From positions 32,001 to 96,000 of IMG/VR virus record IMGVR_UViG_3300031413_000005: a DNA stretch of 64,000 nucleotides; one strand, given 5' to 3'. The notes under the pieces are model-generated. The model made no database searches, had not been told where the DNA came from, and saw only the letters and a program-made list of their open reading frames with translations. Position 1 is the stretch's first letter, and each line of letters opens with the position of its first letter. The translations under genes and the position numbers were made by a program. The DNA is from a virus. Shown in pieces: positions 63,590 to 64,000 of this stretch.

Positions 63590-64000
63590 TGCTTATCTCG
63601 ATCGACGGAATGTCCCACACCGGCCGCAAAGATCTCGCGCGTGCGGTCGCCCGCCAATTCGCCTTGCCTTTGCTCGACGTCGAAGCCCTCTGGAATCTGC
63701 TTGCTCTCCAGCTCACCGGCATGCGGGTAACCGCCGACGCCTCGCCGGATTATCTGGAGCGCGCGGCGCACAAGCTGATCTCAGACGGGCTCGATATTGA
63801 GCTAATCGATAGTGGCTTCGCGCAGGTGCCCGAAATGACCAAGTTCGCCGAAACGCTGCGGCGCTTTCCGCTCATTCGCACCCGCATGGCCAATGTCGCC
63901 CGCGATTGGCTGGTCGTGAGCCAGCAGAAGGCCGTCGTGTTCGGCCGTGACACGGGGCGGGCCATTGCGCCTCATGCAGACCACAAGGTCTTCCTGATCG
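63589..64000 (+). CDS. Cytidylate kinase-like protein, runs off the window
   Basis: Own translation MLISIDGMSHTGRKDLARAVA...VVFGRDTG...ADHKVFLI matches the Cmk layout; the P-loop is degenerate. Confidence 0.7.
   Translation, partial: MLISIDGMSHTGRKDLARAVARQFALPLLDVEALWNLLALQLTGMRVTADASPDYLERAAHKLISDGLDIELIDSGFAQVPEMTKFAETLRRFPLIRTRMANVARDWLVVSQQKAVVFGRDTGRAIAPHADHKVFLI

Larger units (their letters stand above)
1..64000. mobile_element. Phage-plasmid (temperate siphovirus with plasmid replicon and partition genes), partial
   Basis: Head, tail and lysis modules lie together with RepA plus iterons, ParA, and phage-encoded DnaE/DnaB/primase/RecA/SbcCD. No integrase and no host housekeeping operons are in the window. 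Confidence 0.9.

Noticed and set aside
1-64000. tRNA/rRNA genes, and an impression that CTGCAG is scarce
   Set aside because: I recognised no tRNA or rRNA by eye (tRNAscan-SE not run). Site avoidance needs a k-mer observed/expected count that I cannot perform.

Overview
This GC-rich 64-kb window is almost entirely one temperate siphovirus-type phage-plasmid. Its gene content and order recall SSU5/pHCM2-like phage-plasmids, and the host is probably alphaproteobacterial (both are inference). The minus strand (1-59.4 kb) carries, in order of transcription: a ParB/ParB/ABC-ATPase/GNAT module, terminase, portal, head and tail genes, lysis genes, PhoH, DnaB, primase, a mini protein kinase, an iteron-flanked RepA replicon, an XRE repressor, a split CobT/CobS (vWA/AAA+) module, DnaE, SSB, 5'-3' exonuclease, RecA and SbcCD. 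The plus strand (59.5-64 kb) carries an SF2 helicase, a dNMP kinase, ParA plus a small partner, and a Cmk-like gene. The most striking features are: (1) about 26 copies of a 24-bp element (mRNA-strand consensus TGCATGGTAGACGACACACATGCA) at gene junctions, oriented with transcription, often supplying stop or start codons, and in one case sitting inside an apparently split FN3 domain; (2) a duplicated tail-tube gene fused to Calx-beta, SGNH esterase and SPRY-like domains, coupled to a secreted GH5 endoglucanase and inserted in the head module; (3) a CobT-like protein split in two, whose N-terminal half ends in a sigma-region-4-like HTH; (4) several small ORFs and a -1 frameshift missed by the ORF track. 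All family calls come from motifs recognised by eye; no searches were run.
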